A stretch of DNA of 61,424 bases, filler included. It is 7 parts of 7 records of this genome, joined end to end, with 100 filler letters (N's around TTAATTAATTAA, not from the genome) between each part and the next. Parts side by side here need not be neighbours in the genome. Positions count along the whole stretch, not along the records: positions 34,304 to 41,561 come from SRR7504441_732; positions 41,662 to 57,317 come from SRR7504441_737; 5 more parts are not named here. One strand, written 5' to 3'. Both the position numbers and the translations under genes were made by a program. The notes below the pieces were generated by a model. The model worked only from the letters and a program-made list of their open reading frames with translations, was not told the origin of the DNA and ran no database searches. Each line of letters starts with the position of its first letter. Within the stretch, counting starts at the first letter, position 1. Positions 35,847 through 46,705 of the stretch are shown piece by piece.

Positions 35847-38800
35847 ATGACACAAGCCAGCACAGCAGCCGCGGGCGGTGGCCGTCCCAGGCGGGGGTCG
35901 GCGCCGCGCAGCCAGTTCGTCGCACCGTGGGCCGCCCCAGCAGCCCCGGAGCTGCCTGCGGCCGGGGGAGTCTCGGACGAGCTGGAGCTGCTGGACGCGC
36001 GGTTCAAGGCGCAGGTGGCCGCACTGCGATCCAAGATGGAGGCGGCGATCGAGCTGGAGCCGGAGCAGCCTCGGGCCGACCAGCCGGTCGAACCTTGGTC
36101 GCTCGAGTCCACAGTAGACTTCGAGGCCACAGAGCGAAGGGTGTGGTCCGAGCTCCAGCCCCCGTCCGCCAGCCAGCCAGCCAGCCGGCCGGCGGCCCGG
36201 GGGGGCGGGCGGCTGGTGCTCCCACCGGTGGAGATCCCGATCGCGGACAACCTGCCGCCGGTGCCGGCACTGGACTCGTCGGACTCGTCGGAGCCGGAGG
36301 AGGGGGGGGACTGCATGGTGCGCGGGGCGATGGGCCAGTCGCGCCGGGATATGGTCCAGTGGGACGAGCTGCTCAGCACACGGCGAGCTGCCCGAGCTGG
36401 GCTGGCTCACGGGGCGTCAGGCGCCAACTGGCCCGTGCGAGCAAGCAGGAGTGCCAGGTGCTCGAGGCTCTGGCGCAGCAGCAGCAGCAGCACCAGGCCG
36501 AGAAGTCGGAGGCTGAGGCCTCGATCGAGGCGCTCCAGCAGCAGCTGGGCGCCAGGTGGGCCAGTGTTCAGGTGGGCTGCCGGCCAGACCGGCGCTGAGC
36601 CGTGCGGCAGCGGATGCCGGGCGCGCTGCAGGTGGGCGACCGGGTGTTGCCGTTGGACGAGTTCACCAGGGCGCTCGATGAGCACGAGCGGCTTGAGCTC
36701 GGGCTGGCGCAGGCGCTGCTGGCTGCGGAGCACCCGGACCTGCACTCTGGGGCCGAGCAGAAGGCGCGGGCCATCCAGGGCCAGCTGGGCCAGATGCGGC
36801 TACGGCGGGCGCATCTCAAGCTGGAGCTGGAGCAGGCGACCGAGCAGGCCAGGACGATAGAGCAGCGCGAGGCCGAGCTCGGCGACGCACTGGTCAAGGC
36901 GCGGGCGAGGCTGGAGGAGCAGGCCACGCTGCTCGATCAGGCCACCGCCAAGATCGCCTCCCGGGCATCGCTCACCCCCCGGATCAGCCATTTAGACAGC
37001 GCTGGACCAGCACTAGGAGCAACTCAAGCGCTTTCAGACAGCGCTGGGCCAGGGCTAGGGACCACTCAGCTGCTGCCAGACAGCGCTGCGGCCCAAATGT
37101 TGCCGGACAGCGCTGGGCCAGGGCTAGGGGCCTCTCAGCTGCTGCCAGGCAGTGTTGAGTCAGCGTCATGGCCGCCCAGCCGGTCGCCGCCCAGCCGGTC
37201 GCCGCCCGGGATCGCCACCCGTACCAGCCCTGAGTCGCCTTTCGACCGGCTCGGGGCGATCCAAGCCAAGAAGGCCGCGCTCCAGCGACTGCCCACTTTC
37301 AGTCCAGTGAGCCCTGCGCCGGCCAGCCCGGAGCCGGCGGCTGGCGGGGCGAGCAGTCCGAGCCTGGAGCCGCTGGGGCTGCCGGATCAGGTGGCGGCCG
37401 GGCTGCGAGGTGCGCCCAGGCCCAGTCGACTGCTGACTGATGGCAGGCTGGGTGGCGGTGCAAGACGACGCAGATGCGATGATCCAAGCGCTAGCCAGTG
37501 GACTCAAAGCCGAGACGACCAGCACAACTGTGCCAGGGCCGGTGAGCTGGCTGACTGGATCCGGACAGGTGAGCCGATCAGGGGAAGAGTCCGTAGCGGC
37601 TGGGTCGAGTGACGGGCATACTGACGACCAGCGAGGCGACCAACAGCGGCAAGATCGGGCGAGAAGCATCGAGAACACAAATTATTCGCTGAGGAAACTG
37701 GCAGAGTTGCAGCACGGTCAGAAGAAGGAGAAATCGCCCATTACCAACAAGTTGTATCTAGATCTTCGGAGCACAGAGCGAGACGATATGCCGGACTGGA
37801 ACCGGAGTTTCTATCCTCCGCCTGATGAGCGGGCCCTCCAGCCGGGTGACGAGGAGTTACTTTTAGAGCTCACGCGATCGCGGCCGCTTCCACAGCTGCC
37901 ATCTGAGGAGCCCGAGATGCCTCTGGCGCAGGCAGACTACGGACTGGATAGGACCGCAATCCTGTTGGCCGAGCGCAGCCAACCCACAAACAGTCCAGGC
38001 GGGCAATCTCATACATCCAAGGATGCAGCTGAGACTATTAATCGGGGTTTCGTCCGCAGGCAGTTTGGGGAATATGCTCGCAAGAGCCTAGTGCATGGCG
38101 GCAGTTTCGATGACGTGGCCAAAGCTAGCGAGCAAATGGATCTCGCAGAGCTTTCAAAGTTAGCACGAGATGTCGGACTAATGCCCTATTTGTTCGCAGA
38201 TGTTTCACAACTCAAGAGAGCTTTCCTAGAAATCAATACCTCTGACGCCGCCGATGAAAACAGGAGCTCTTTCAGCCTGGCAGAATATGAACAGTTTGCT
38301 CAGGCTTGTGTCGAGCAGTGCCAAACGACTAGCCAACCTCACCGGCAAATTCCAAAGAAGCTCATCGTGTGGCTTAATAACGTAACCAAAGGCGGGGCTG
38401 TTCAGGCTGGAGCATTTGCTCCTGCCCCAGAACCCGCCTGCGCCGGTTCGCCGGATGGCCTCTCGCCCTTTGCGGTTCGTCACGTTCGGCAGCAGCCAAG
38501 CAGTAAGCTAGCTAGTGTACGGAATCTCAACGAATCGAGCACCCGCACGGAGGAGGAGGAGGAGGTTCCAATGGTAAGTCCGACCCAATTTGAGAGAAGT
38601 GCACTGGAGGCACGCGAGCTGGCCGAGACCCTGCGACAGATGGGCAATGAGGCCAAAGCCGAGGAGGCTGAGCAATTGAGTCAGATGCTGAGTGACGCTG
38701 CGCTTCGAATGAAAACGAGCGAGTCCGAGCCACTAGACGGCGGGGCAGCCAGCGAGGATGTCAGTCGGAGTGGCATGCGGACTTTGCTAGACGAGCTTAA

Positions 38801-38963
38801 GCACTCGATTAGCGAGCTGTCTTCGGTAGCCAGGGAGCCGGTTCCCCATATCGGCCCCGTGGCAAACTCAAGTGAGGTATGTGCCTGCTCACCCGCATTC
38901 CTGCATCGTGACTGTGTGCTTGAAGGTTGCCAATGCAAGCCGAGGCCAAAGCGCCTCAAATAA
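35847..38963 (+). CDS. Large low-complexity and coiled-coil protein with EF-hand/p25-alpha-like segment
   Basis: Spliced ORFs; SEQMDLAELSKLARDVGL..LKRAFLEIN..SFSLAEYEQF; 3' end uncertain. Confidence 0.5.
36994..37150 (+). repeat. Coding minisatellite, 42-nt unit (GACAGCGCTGGGCCAGGGCTAGG...), about 3.5 copies
   Basis: DSAGPALGATQALS / DSAGPGLGTTQLLP / DSAAAQMLP / DSAGPGLGASQLLP. Confidence 0.8.
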
Positions 38964-39253
38964 GCTGCGCCTACGATCTGGACGAGCAGAGTGGCGTAAA
39001 ATCATGCGATCCGGAACAAACAGTTGATTGTGGCAAAAACTTGAACTGAAGTAGCCTAAAATAAGCCTAAAAGGACATAGATCTCGTCATGTACCAACGC
39101 CAAAAATAATACAAGTACGATATAACAGGATGTAGTGATGCTCGCCATAATTATGCACATGAGCCACACGTTATCACTACGTTATCACACGCCTTCACAC
39201 GCCAAAGACATGGCCAAAGAGTGACGCCTAACGCGCAAATAAGAAAGATTGCC

Positions 39254-39279
39254 GACTGACTGACTGACTGACTGACTGA
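39254..39279. repeat. (GACT)n microsatellite
   Basis: gactgactgactgactgactgactga. Confidence 0.9.
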
Positions 39280-39410
39280 ATACTCATACGGTGTTGACGT
39301 TTAATTTAGTACGTTTCAATGCAATAGCTGCTATCATGGTCAAGACTTAGGAGACCCAAGGTACCGTAGTATTCGAATAGATCACCAATTTTCGTTGATT
39401 GTGACAAAAC

Positions 39411-41561
39411 CTATCGCTCCTCTTGGCTAGGCGCGTTCGGCGCTGGTGCCAGCTCAGTGAAAAACAAGCACTCCAGTTGATGCTCTTCAGCTGGTGTGGC
39501 AATCACACATGCAGTGTCACTAGCACTGGTGCGCGTTTGCTGATTAGGCGAAAGCCATCCAGGAAAGCCTCTCTGGATTTTCAGGACAATCTCCTCGTAT
39601 CCTACGAGGTTTTGCTCCTCGGCTTGCAACGCAAGAGCAAGCAGGCAATTCTCTTCCAGCTTACCCTGGCGAGCTACTTCTGTCCAGTGCTGCTCAAACG
39701 CCTCAAGCTGGCGCCTGTTCTGCTCGCTGTCGCGGTCCGCCAGAATGTCCCCGTTTGAAAGCTTCCAGTACTCCCCCAGACTCTCTTGTGAATCCATCAA
39801 TCTCTTTAGATGGCTCAGATGCTGGAACACAGCGGTGCTGTTGCCCTTGTCGGGATGAAGTGCTGGTGACAGCTTCCTCCAGACAGTTTTCTGCTCAGTA
39901 GAACGACCTTTGGCGGCTTCATAAATCCTAAAGAGGCGAATCCCGCGACGAAGCTCAAAGCTATCAGGCTGACTACAGGTGGCCGATGACACAACTATGG
40001 GACAGCAAGCCTCCTGCAGGCCTGAATCCACCGCGATGGCAGATGGTTGGCATTCGTATTTGAGAAGCTTGGGCTGATCTAAGATAAGTGGCAACAGTCT
40101 TTTGTCACTAGCACGGAATCGACGGATGCAGACAAAGCTCCTTTCAAATATATCAGAGAGTTCGTCTTTGTTATTGCCACGAAAAACTCCTTCCACTGAA
40201 CGCCCAACATAGATTGTGTGGCTAGGTCCTAAAAGGTCTTCGGAAATGCTAACCTTCCCCTGATCTTCATCCTCAAAGACTTCGTTCTGGAAGAAATATG
40301 TGCCGTTCATTGGGAACACCCCATCATACGCTGTCCAGGCCGAGACCAGGATACGCCCCTCGACAATCCCGTTCGGAAGCGGCCTGCTCTTGAGAAAGAG
40401 CCATGGTATCTTATCACCAGCTTTGCGCGGCTTAATCAGCCGATCAGGCACCTCAAAGGCCTCCATGAGTCTTTGGGACTTTGCTGGACCCTTTTCGACT
40501 GTTCTGCTGCCCGTTTCGCCGTGCTTTTGACCATAGTCGCACTGCATCAGCAGAGGGCAATCGGCGCACTGGGGCGACTCACCACACAACACAGCCCCGT
40601 GGGTAATGACTTGGACATGTGATTTGTATAGAAGCTTCCAGATTCTCTCCTTCTCACGAGCTTTCTCACTTTCGGTTGCATTCTCGCTTACTTTGGGGAT
40701 GCTTAGACGCACTTGCTCCTGCGCCTGCTTGGCAAACTTTTTTATATTGACTGGAATGTCTTCAATATCGTCCAACTTGACTGGCTTTTTGCTCTTAGAT
40801 TTACCAGCTGCTATTTCACGAGTGTATTCACACACATGATACGTATTGTGCCTGGAGCAAAACATCTTTGAAGCCCCGGACACTGCAACTCGAGCCGTGG
40901 GACGTGCAGCAACATAGGCCAGCGAGTTGCAATCGCCGCTCTTGGGGGTGGTGGGAATCATGGACCGTGCATCTATGAACCGCTCTTCACGCAGGTTATG
41001 ATGCTCGGCTACAGGCACCAGGCTTGTTTGGTTCACTGGGGTTGTCATGAGAGGCATTAGCTCAGTTGGTGATGCCTCGTGCGAAGCTGGAGAGCTGACC
41101 TCAACGGCAGCAAGGACTCTTGCTTCGGCTCCAAGCTCAAGTACCCGGCCCTCTGACTTTGCAGCTGGCTGACCAATACCACCTTGAGCCTCGCACCTGG
41201 AATCTTGTGGAGCCTTTACCCCAACCTCGGGACTGGGCCTAGGAGAGGCTGGATCTGCGACTCCGGGCCCTGAGAGTGTAATGCTCTCAGCTGCCGCAGG
41301 CTCAAAGATCAGGGCCTTTTGCGCTGCACAAAGCCCCACTTGGTTGTTTTGATGGGCAGTTGACTGGGCTGCTTGTCTGGCGTTGCAATTTCCCTCATAA
41401 TTCGGGGAATGGTCGATTAGCCCCGACGTTTGATCTTTCTGCAGTGTATCTGTTCGTCTTAGAGCAATGTGTGATGCCTCTGGAGTCGCTGGAGGATGCA
41501 CAGCGGAATTGTCTACCTTGCCAGGTGTCGCGATAGGCACCGCAGCTCTCTCGTGGTCGAC
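39411..41561 (-). CDS. DEMETER/ROS1-like DNA glycosylase, C-terminal part (4Fe-4S motif + RRM-fold domain + DnaJ-like domain); 5' truncated
   Basis: LYKSHVQVITHGAVLCGESPQCADCPLLMQC; GRILVSAWTAYDGVFPMNGTYFFQNEVFED..IYVGRSVEGVFRG..FERSFVCIRRF; WRKLSPALHPDKG. Confidence 0.85.
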   Translation of the reverse strand, partial: VDHERAAVPIATPGKVDNSAVHPPATPEASHIALRRTDTLQKDQTSGLIDHSPNYEGNCNARQAAQSTAHQNNQVGLCAAQKALIFEPAAAESITLSGPGVADPASPRPSPEVGVKAPQDSRCEAQGGIGQPAAKSEGRVLELGAEARVLAAVEVSSPASHEASPTELMPLMTTPVNQTSLVPVAEHHNLREERFIDARSMIPTTPKSGDCNSLAYVAARPTARVAVSGASKMFCSRHNTYHVCEYTREIAAGKSKSKKPVKLDDIEDIPVNIKKFAKQAQEQVRLSIPKVSENATESEKAREKERIWKLLYKSHVQVITHGAVLCGESPQCADCPLLMQCDYGQKHGETGSRTVEKGPAKSQRLMEAFEVPDRLIKPRKAGDKIPWLFLKSRPLPNGIVEGRILVSAWTAYDGVFPMNGTYFFQNEVFEDEDQGKVSISEDLLGPSHTIYVGRSVEGVFRGNNKDELSDIFERSFVCIRRFRASDKRLLPLILDQPKLLKYECQPSAIAVDSGLQEACCPIVVSSATCSQPDSFELRRGIRLFRIYEAAKGRSTEQKTVWRKLSPALHPDKGNSTAVFQHLSHLKRLMDSQESLGEYWKLSNGDILADRDSEQNRRQLEAFEQHWTEVARQGKLEENCLLALALQAEEQNLVGYEEIVLKIQRGFPGWLSPNQQTRTSASDTACVIATPAEEHQLECLFFTELAPAPNAPSQEER

Positions 41562-41661
41562 NNNNNNNNNNNNNNNNNNNNNNNNNNNNNNNNNNNNNNN
41601 NNNNNTTAATTAATTAANNNNNNNNNNNNNNNNNNNNNNNNNNNNNNNNNNNNNNNNNNNN
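41562..41661. other. Artificial contig-joining linker
   Basis: N-run + TTAATTAATTAA + N-run. Confidence 0.98.
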
Positions 41662-42397
41662 GCCGCGCTCATCGCCAGCAGCGGCCCGGTGCCCCCCGCC
41701 TTGGTCGTGTCGTAAGGCCCGTCCCTACCCGCTGGTTAGAGGTACGCTGCCTCCCGGGTCGCCGCAGGATGTACCTGGCGGTAGAGCCGACCACGGCGTT
41801 GATCGGGACAAGCGCGTACTCACCAGGGCCGAGTCTGGTAGGGTGGTAGCGCTGGGGCAGTACCTCGGGATCGCACACCGCTTCGATGATCTGGGCGATC
41901 CCGTCCGGACCGACCTTATCCCAGCTCTGGAGCCGCCCCTTGCCCCCCTCGCCCAGCTGCTTCGCGACTCCGGGTTCCTTCCGAGGCCCGTCCAGGCTGA
42001 CGTCCCAGATCATCTTGATCGAGGCCCGGCAGGCGTCGCACACGCCCACCCCCCGGCTCTCCTGATCGAAGACCTGCTGCCGCGAGCGCAGCACCGGCTC
42101 GGGCGCCGGCATGTCCGCCTCTGCCGCTCGGCGCTCGGTCCGTTGCTCGTTCACCAAGCACTCGAGGCAGGCCGCGCACCCCTGTTCGGCCGCGCACTCG
42201 GCGCACTCGTCCGACTCGGGCCCGCGCTCGAAGCACGGCTCGGAGCATGCCTCCCCGCACTCGGGCACGCAGACCTCGCCGCAGGACCCCGGCGCGCCCG
42301 TCTGGTAGTTGGCGCCCGGTAGCTGCCGCAAAACTTGAGGTTCGGCCACCACCACCAGCGCGATCATCCACAGCGCGGCAGGCCACCGCACCACCAT
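41662..42397 (-). CDS. Secreted Cys-rich protein with saposin-like (Canopy-type) region, 3' truncated
   Basis: Signal peptide; CxxxC repeats; VCDACRASIKMIW..IIEAVCD. Confidence 0.5.
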
Positions 42398-42473
42398 GAG
42401 CGAAGCAATCCCACCAGAAAGAAAGTGCAGTCAATTTTGCCGTTATTCGACACGGCTCCGACACAGTGAGGCG

Positions 42474-44868
42474 ATGTCCTCGGCCCGGGCGGGGATGATG
42501 TGGGAGAACAAGATGCGGATGCTGCCCAACAAGGCGAACCAGGCCATCTACACCTCCTCCCTCGAGCGGGTCTCCAACCTGCTCGAATGCGACTTTGGCA
42601 CCGACTTCGCAAAGTGGCCCGAGCGTGTCACTCCGGAGCTCGAGGCGCTCAAGGGCAAGCTGGAGTTGAGTTACTACGGGCTGCTCGAGGCGGCTGACCG
42701 AGCGCTCGCCCGGAGCGTGAGCGGCTGGGACGGCGCCAACCCGCGGATTGAGTGCCGCCAGAACCGCGGACACCAGGACCGGTGCGCGGGGTCGAGCCGG
42801 GCCTGGACAGTGGCGGGGGCAGGCAGCAGGCGCTGGAGGCGCTCGGCAAGATCGTGGCGGCCGGGAGCGTGGCCGAGCTGGCCAAGAAGCTGGGCGACGA
42901 GGCGCTGGCCAAGAACGTGATCTATCGGGGCCTGAAGGCCCGGAAGATGTACAGGGTACCTGCAGCAGCCGCCCTGCCGCTGAGGGCTGCTGTAGGCGGC
43001 GGTGAAGGCCGACCTGGACCACTTGTGCCGGACCGAGTTCAGTCAGTACAAGCAGACGCCAGTGCGGCAGCTTAAGAAGATAGAGAGGCACCGCGGCGAG
43101 CGATGCGACATGGCGGTGCAGAGGCTCGCGGCGGAGCGGGGGCAGAAGCTTGAAAGCCAGTTGCAGCAGATGGAGCTCCGGAGCAACGAGGGCGAGGTCG
43201 GGGTGAGCGGGGCGCTGGTGGGGCTGGCGATGCAGATGGAGAGAGCGCTAGAGTCTATGGATCCGGTAAGGCAAGTTGAGCTGCTCGAACTAGCAGAGAC
43301 TGTGATAGAGCTAGCCGAGAGCCGGGGGGTGGACACGGGGGAGGTTCCGGACTTTGACCAGCTGGTGCGCCGCAAGCAGCAGCTGGAGGGGATCAAGGCC
43401 GAGCTGGCTGAGCTAGCTGAGCAGCTGATGAGGCAGGAGCTGCAGCTGGCCGAGTGGAGCAGCAAGTACAAAGGCTCGCGGGCCGAGATGGAAGAGGACG
43501 AGCGCCGGCTGGAGGGGTTTCTGGAGAGGCTGGTGCAGGGTGCGCGCCCGGACGGGCTGGCTGGATGGGTAGTGGGGCAGGCAGCGAGCGTCGTGGGCTG
43601 GAGGGCAAGTTTCAAGCGCTGGTCGAGCAGAGGTAACCCGCTGGTCGGGGCTGCGGTTGATCGGCTGGTAGGTGCAAGCAGACGGGGTCGGAGCATATGG
43701 CGGCGCTGCAGGCTCGACTGAGCGCGGGGGACGCGGCGGCAGCTGAGCTACTTGAGCAAAACATAGCCGGGTTAGGCACCGAAGTCGAGAAGAAGCTCGA
43801 GCAGACCCGAGCGAGCCTGGCCGAGGAGATAGAGCGGATTGAGGAGGAGCAGGCGGCCGCGGTGTTAGCACGGCTGCTAAAGAAGCACGCGCGTGTGGCG
43901 AACGAGTATGCGCGATACGAGGCTGTGGGGAGGGAGAGAGAGGCCGGACTGAACGTGAGAGTGCTGGCGCAAGTTAAAGTGGAGTTGCAACGTCTTGCAG
44001 AGGACGCCCACGTGCAGGAGCTAAGGCAGGTGCTGCAGGACGCCGTGTACAAGGAGGGGATCTGCGCCGAGCTGCAGAAGGTTGTGATGGCCACCTCGGA
44101 GTTCTACGACCGACGGAAGCGGCACACCAATCCTGATTCTGATGGGTTGCCGATGGTGCTCGTAACGAGCTGGATTGTGCCACCGGAGGTTTTTGTGTTA
44201 AAGCGGGAGGCCAACGACATTAATCTGAAGCTTAAGACGTACAGGATTGAGGACATGATGAAGCCTCACGAGATCAAGCATGCGGAGCACACGGCCAGCC
44301 TGGAGATCACTAAGGCTCACCGAGCCAAGGCTGAAGACGAAGCTCGGCAGCATCTGAACCGAGCGGTCGGGATCCTGTGCGAGACACCAGGCCGCTGGGC
44401 GAAGGACTCCGCCGTGTTGCAGGCGCTGCTGGCCAGCATATTTGAGGTGTCCCTGCGGAGCTGCCTCTCCTGAATGGTGTGTAGGGGATTCTGAGTCAGA
44501 ATCTCAAAGTGTACGCTGCCAAGCGGCTCATCAAGGACAAGCGCCAACGCGATCTGGATTTCCTCGGCACCGAGGTCCGGGAAGTAGAAGTCGCTGTGAC
44601 TGAGCCGTGCGCTCGGCAGGGCTACGCCAGCTATATCGACCCGTATCTGGCCGAGCCCCGCAAGCCTCCGCTGAGTCCGACACAGCGTGCGATCAATCTG
44701 ACCCGCACGCTGTCACAGCAACCGAGTCGCGGTGGATTCCACAGGGCGCAGCCAAGCCAAATCCGGGACAATGTACGGAATATCGCGCAGGATGCAATGC
44801 TCGACGATAGTTACAGCAGCAGCGAGCGTGGATGCTGTTGTGCGGGCGATGAATGTGTGATTGCGTAA
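42474..44868 (+). CDS. Multi-exon coiled-coil hypothetical protein
   Basis: Successive ORFs joined by short introns; helical and charged composition; 3' end uncertain. Confidence 0.6.
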
Positions 44869-44988
44869 CGTCGTTGTGCTCTGGCGTGCCATCGCCGCTA
44901 ATTGCCATCTTGAAAGCATGAACGGACGGATTGCGTTTAATCTTGCATGATGAATACATAAACTCGCACATTGACAATATGTTTGCAA

Positions 44989-45823
44989 TTATATCGATAT
45001 ATTAGTAGTTGCCGGCTCGAAATGGAATTCTTCGATGTACGAGGCAAAGCTCGAATTGACCGCCATCTGGGAGTAGGCAATGCTGCGGGCGTGGAGCCGG
45101 ACCGTCAGGGGCTGCTGCGGGATCCGGCTCGCGTCCGTGCCTCACGGTCTTGTTGTTCACCTTGATCGTCGCGGACGTCGGAGTCCATTCTACTTCGTAT
45201 AAGTTGAAGTCGGTCGCGACATTGACGTCCTCGCCCAGAGCCGTAAATTCCTTATTGTGGCTGTCTCCGTGCCGGTAGCAGCTGCTCTGCATGTAGCGCG
45301 TCCAATTCGTGCCCGGCGGCTGCCCCGACGCCGAGGCGCCGGCTCCGTGCATCGTGATGGTGATGGCGCCGGACGAAGGCGACTCGAGCCCAATGAAGCC
45401 TTTGGCGGACCGGACCAGGTCCGCGGCGCCGGGAAAGTAGCGGGCTTTGACGCGGATGGTGCCGAAATTGAGCGGCTGCTTGAACTGAATGAATCCGCTG
45501 TGGCCGCCCGTGGCCGGCGTGCAGGACGACTCGCTCGCCGGCCGCCGGCTCGTCGTGATCGTCAGGCCGGTCTTGAGCTCGGAGTTAATCGACCCGGGTC
45601 GGACCGCCGCGGTTTCCATGGCCGTGCATTCGTCCGGGTCCTTGGATGCGTGGCAATCGAAGCAGGTCGCGCTGTACTCCCAAAAGGCCGGTTCTATGGT
45701 GCTGAAGTTGGTGGAGTAGGATGAGGAGGAGGAGGGGGTGGTGGTGGTGGTGGTGGTGGCAGCGGTTTGGGAGGTTCGGGCGAGGAGGAACCAGAAGGCG
45801 CCGAGTACTGCGTGTGCCTGCAT
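44989..45823 (-). CDS. Secreted GH16-fold protein lacking the catalytic ExDxE motif; frame break near 45140
   Basis: Signal peptide, Thr/Ser linker, HSGFIQFKQPLNFGTIRVKARY, DFNLYEVEWTPTSATIKVNNKTVR. The continuation RIPQQPLTVRLH..YIEEFHFEP is in another frame. Confidence 0.6.
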
Positions 45824-45887
45824 GCCCCGACCGGTTCCGGCGGTGCCGACCTTGTTTGCCGTTAGTGAGGCGGCAGGGCTGCGACGT

Positions 45888-46643
45888 ATGCGACGAACAG
45901 CCCGGCTGCGCTTGGCCTCCAGCGTGGGGTTCCAGGAGGCGCCCTCGGCCGCGCACGCCCAGGCGGCTGTGCGGGCGAGCACTGAGCCGGTGCCGGTGCC
46001 GGGACTTGATACGCTCCGGCTCCGCCTGATCACGCCGCGGTGCGAGCTCTGGACGGCCACCGAGCGCCAGCTGCCGTTCCCGCTCCCGTACTGGGGGTTC
46101 GCCTGGCCGGGCGGGTACGGACTGGCCAAGTACATCCAGGCCCGGCCCGAGCTGGTGCGTGGGAAGCGGGTGCTAGATTTCGGGTCCGGGTCCGGGCTAG
46201 TAGCGATAGCCGCCGGTATGGCCGGGGCCCGGAGCGTGCTGGCAACTGATGTCGACGCGTACGCGGTGCAGGCGGTCCTGCTGAACGCGGAGTTGAATGG
46301 GCTCGGCGGGCGGGTGAGCGCCAGCGAGCGGAATGTGCTTCAAGGGGCGGAGCCTGGACCGGTGGCTGAGGTGGTGCTCTGCGGTGACTGCTGCTATGAG
46401 ATGCCTCTGGCCAAAGAGGTGCTCGACTGGCTGGGTGAGCGGGCGGCTGGCGGGGCTCGGGTGTTGCTGGGCGACCCAGGCCGGTGGGGGCTGAAGGGGC
46501 AGACGGGTGGGCTGGAGAAGGCTGGCGAGTATCAGCTGCCTCCTGGACTGCGGGATGAGAACTTCGGGCTGGAGGAGAGCACGTACGTGTGGCAGGTGAT
46601 GGCGCAGGGGGGCGGCCACGGGCACGCACATATTAAATTATGA
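45888..46643 (+). CDS. Class I SAM-dependent protein lysine methyltransferase, ETFBKMT/METTL20-like
   Basis: Arg-rich targeting-like N-terminus; LPYWGFAWPGGYGLAKYI; VLDFGSGSGLVAIAA; LCGDCCYE; LLGDPGR. Confidence 0.85.
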   Translation: MRRTARLRLASSVGFQEAPSAAHAQAAVRASTEPVPVPGLDTLRLRLITPRCELWTATERQLPFPLPYWGFAWPGGYGLAKYIQARPELVRGKRVLDFGSGSGLVAIAAGMAGARSVLATDVDAYAVQAVLLNAELNGLGGRVSASERNVLQGAEPGPVAEVVLCGDCCYEMPLAKEVLDWLGERAAGGARVLLGDPGRWGLKGQTGGLEKAGEYQLPPGLRDENFGLEESTYVWQVMAQGGGHGHAHIKL

Positions 46644-46705
46644 TTGCATCTATTCTACGAAACTCGTGCGTTAATCAAGCTTAACCCTATACGTAACACT
46701 AAACC

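Noticed and set aside
45720-45760. (GAG)n/(GGT)n triplet run
   Set aside because: It encodes an ordinary Thr/Ser linker of the secreted GH16-like protein.
45888-46643. Methyltransferase as RiPP tailoring partner of the neighbouring HExxH gene
   Set aside because: It matches the widespread ETFBKMT/METTL20-like family, has a mitochondrial-type presequence and is convergently oriented. There is no evidence of functional linkage.
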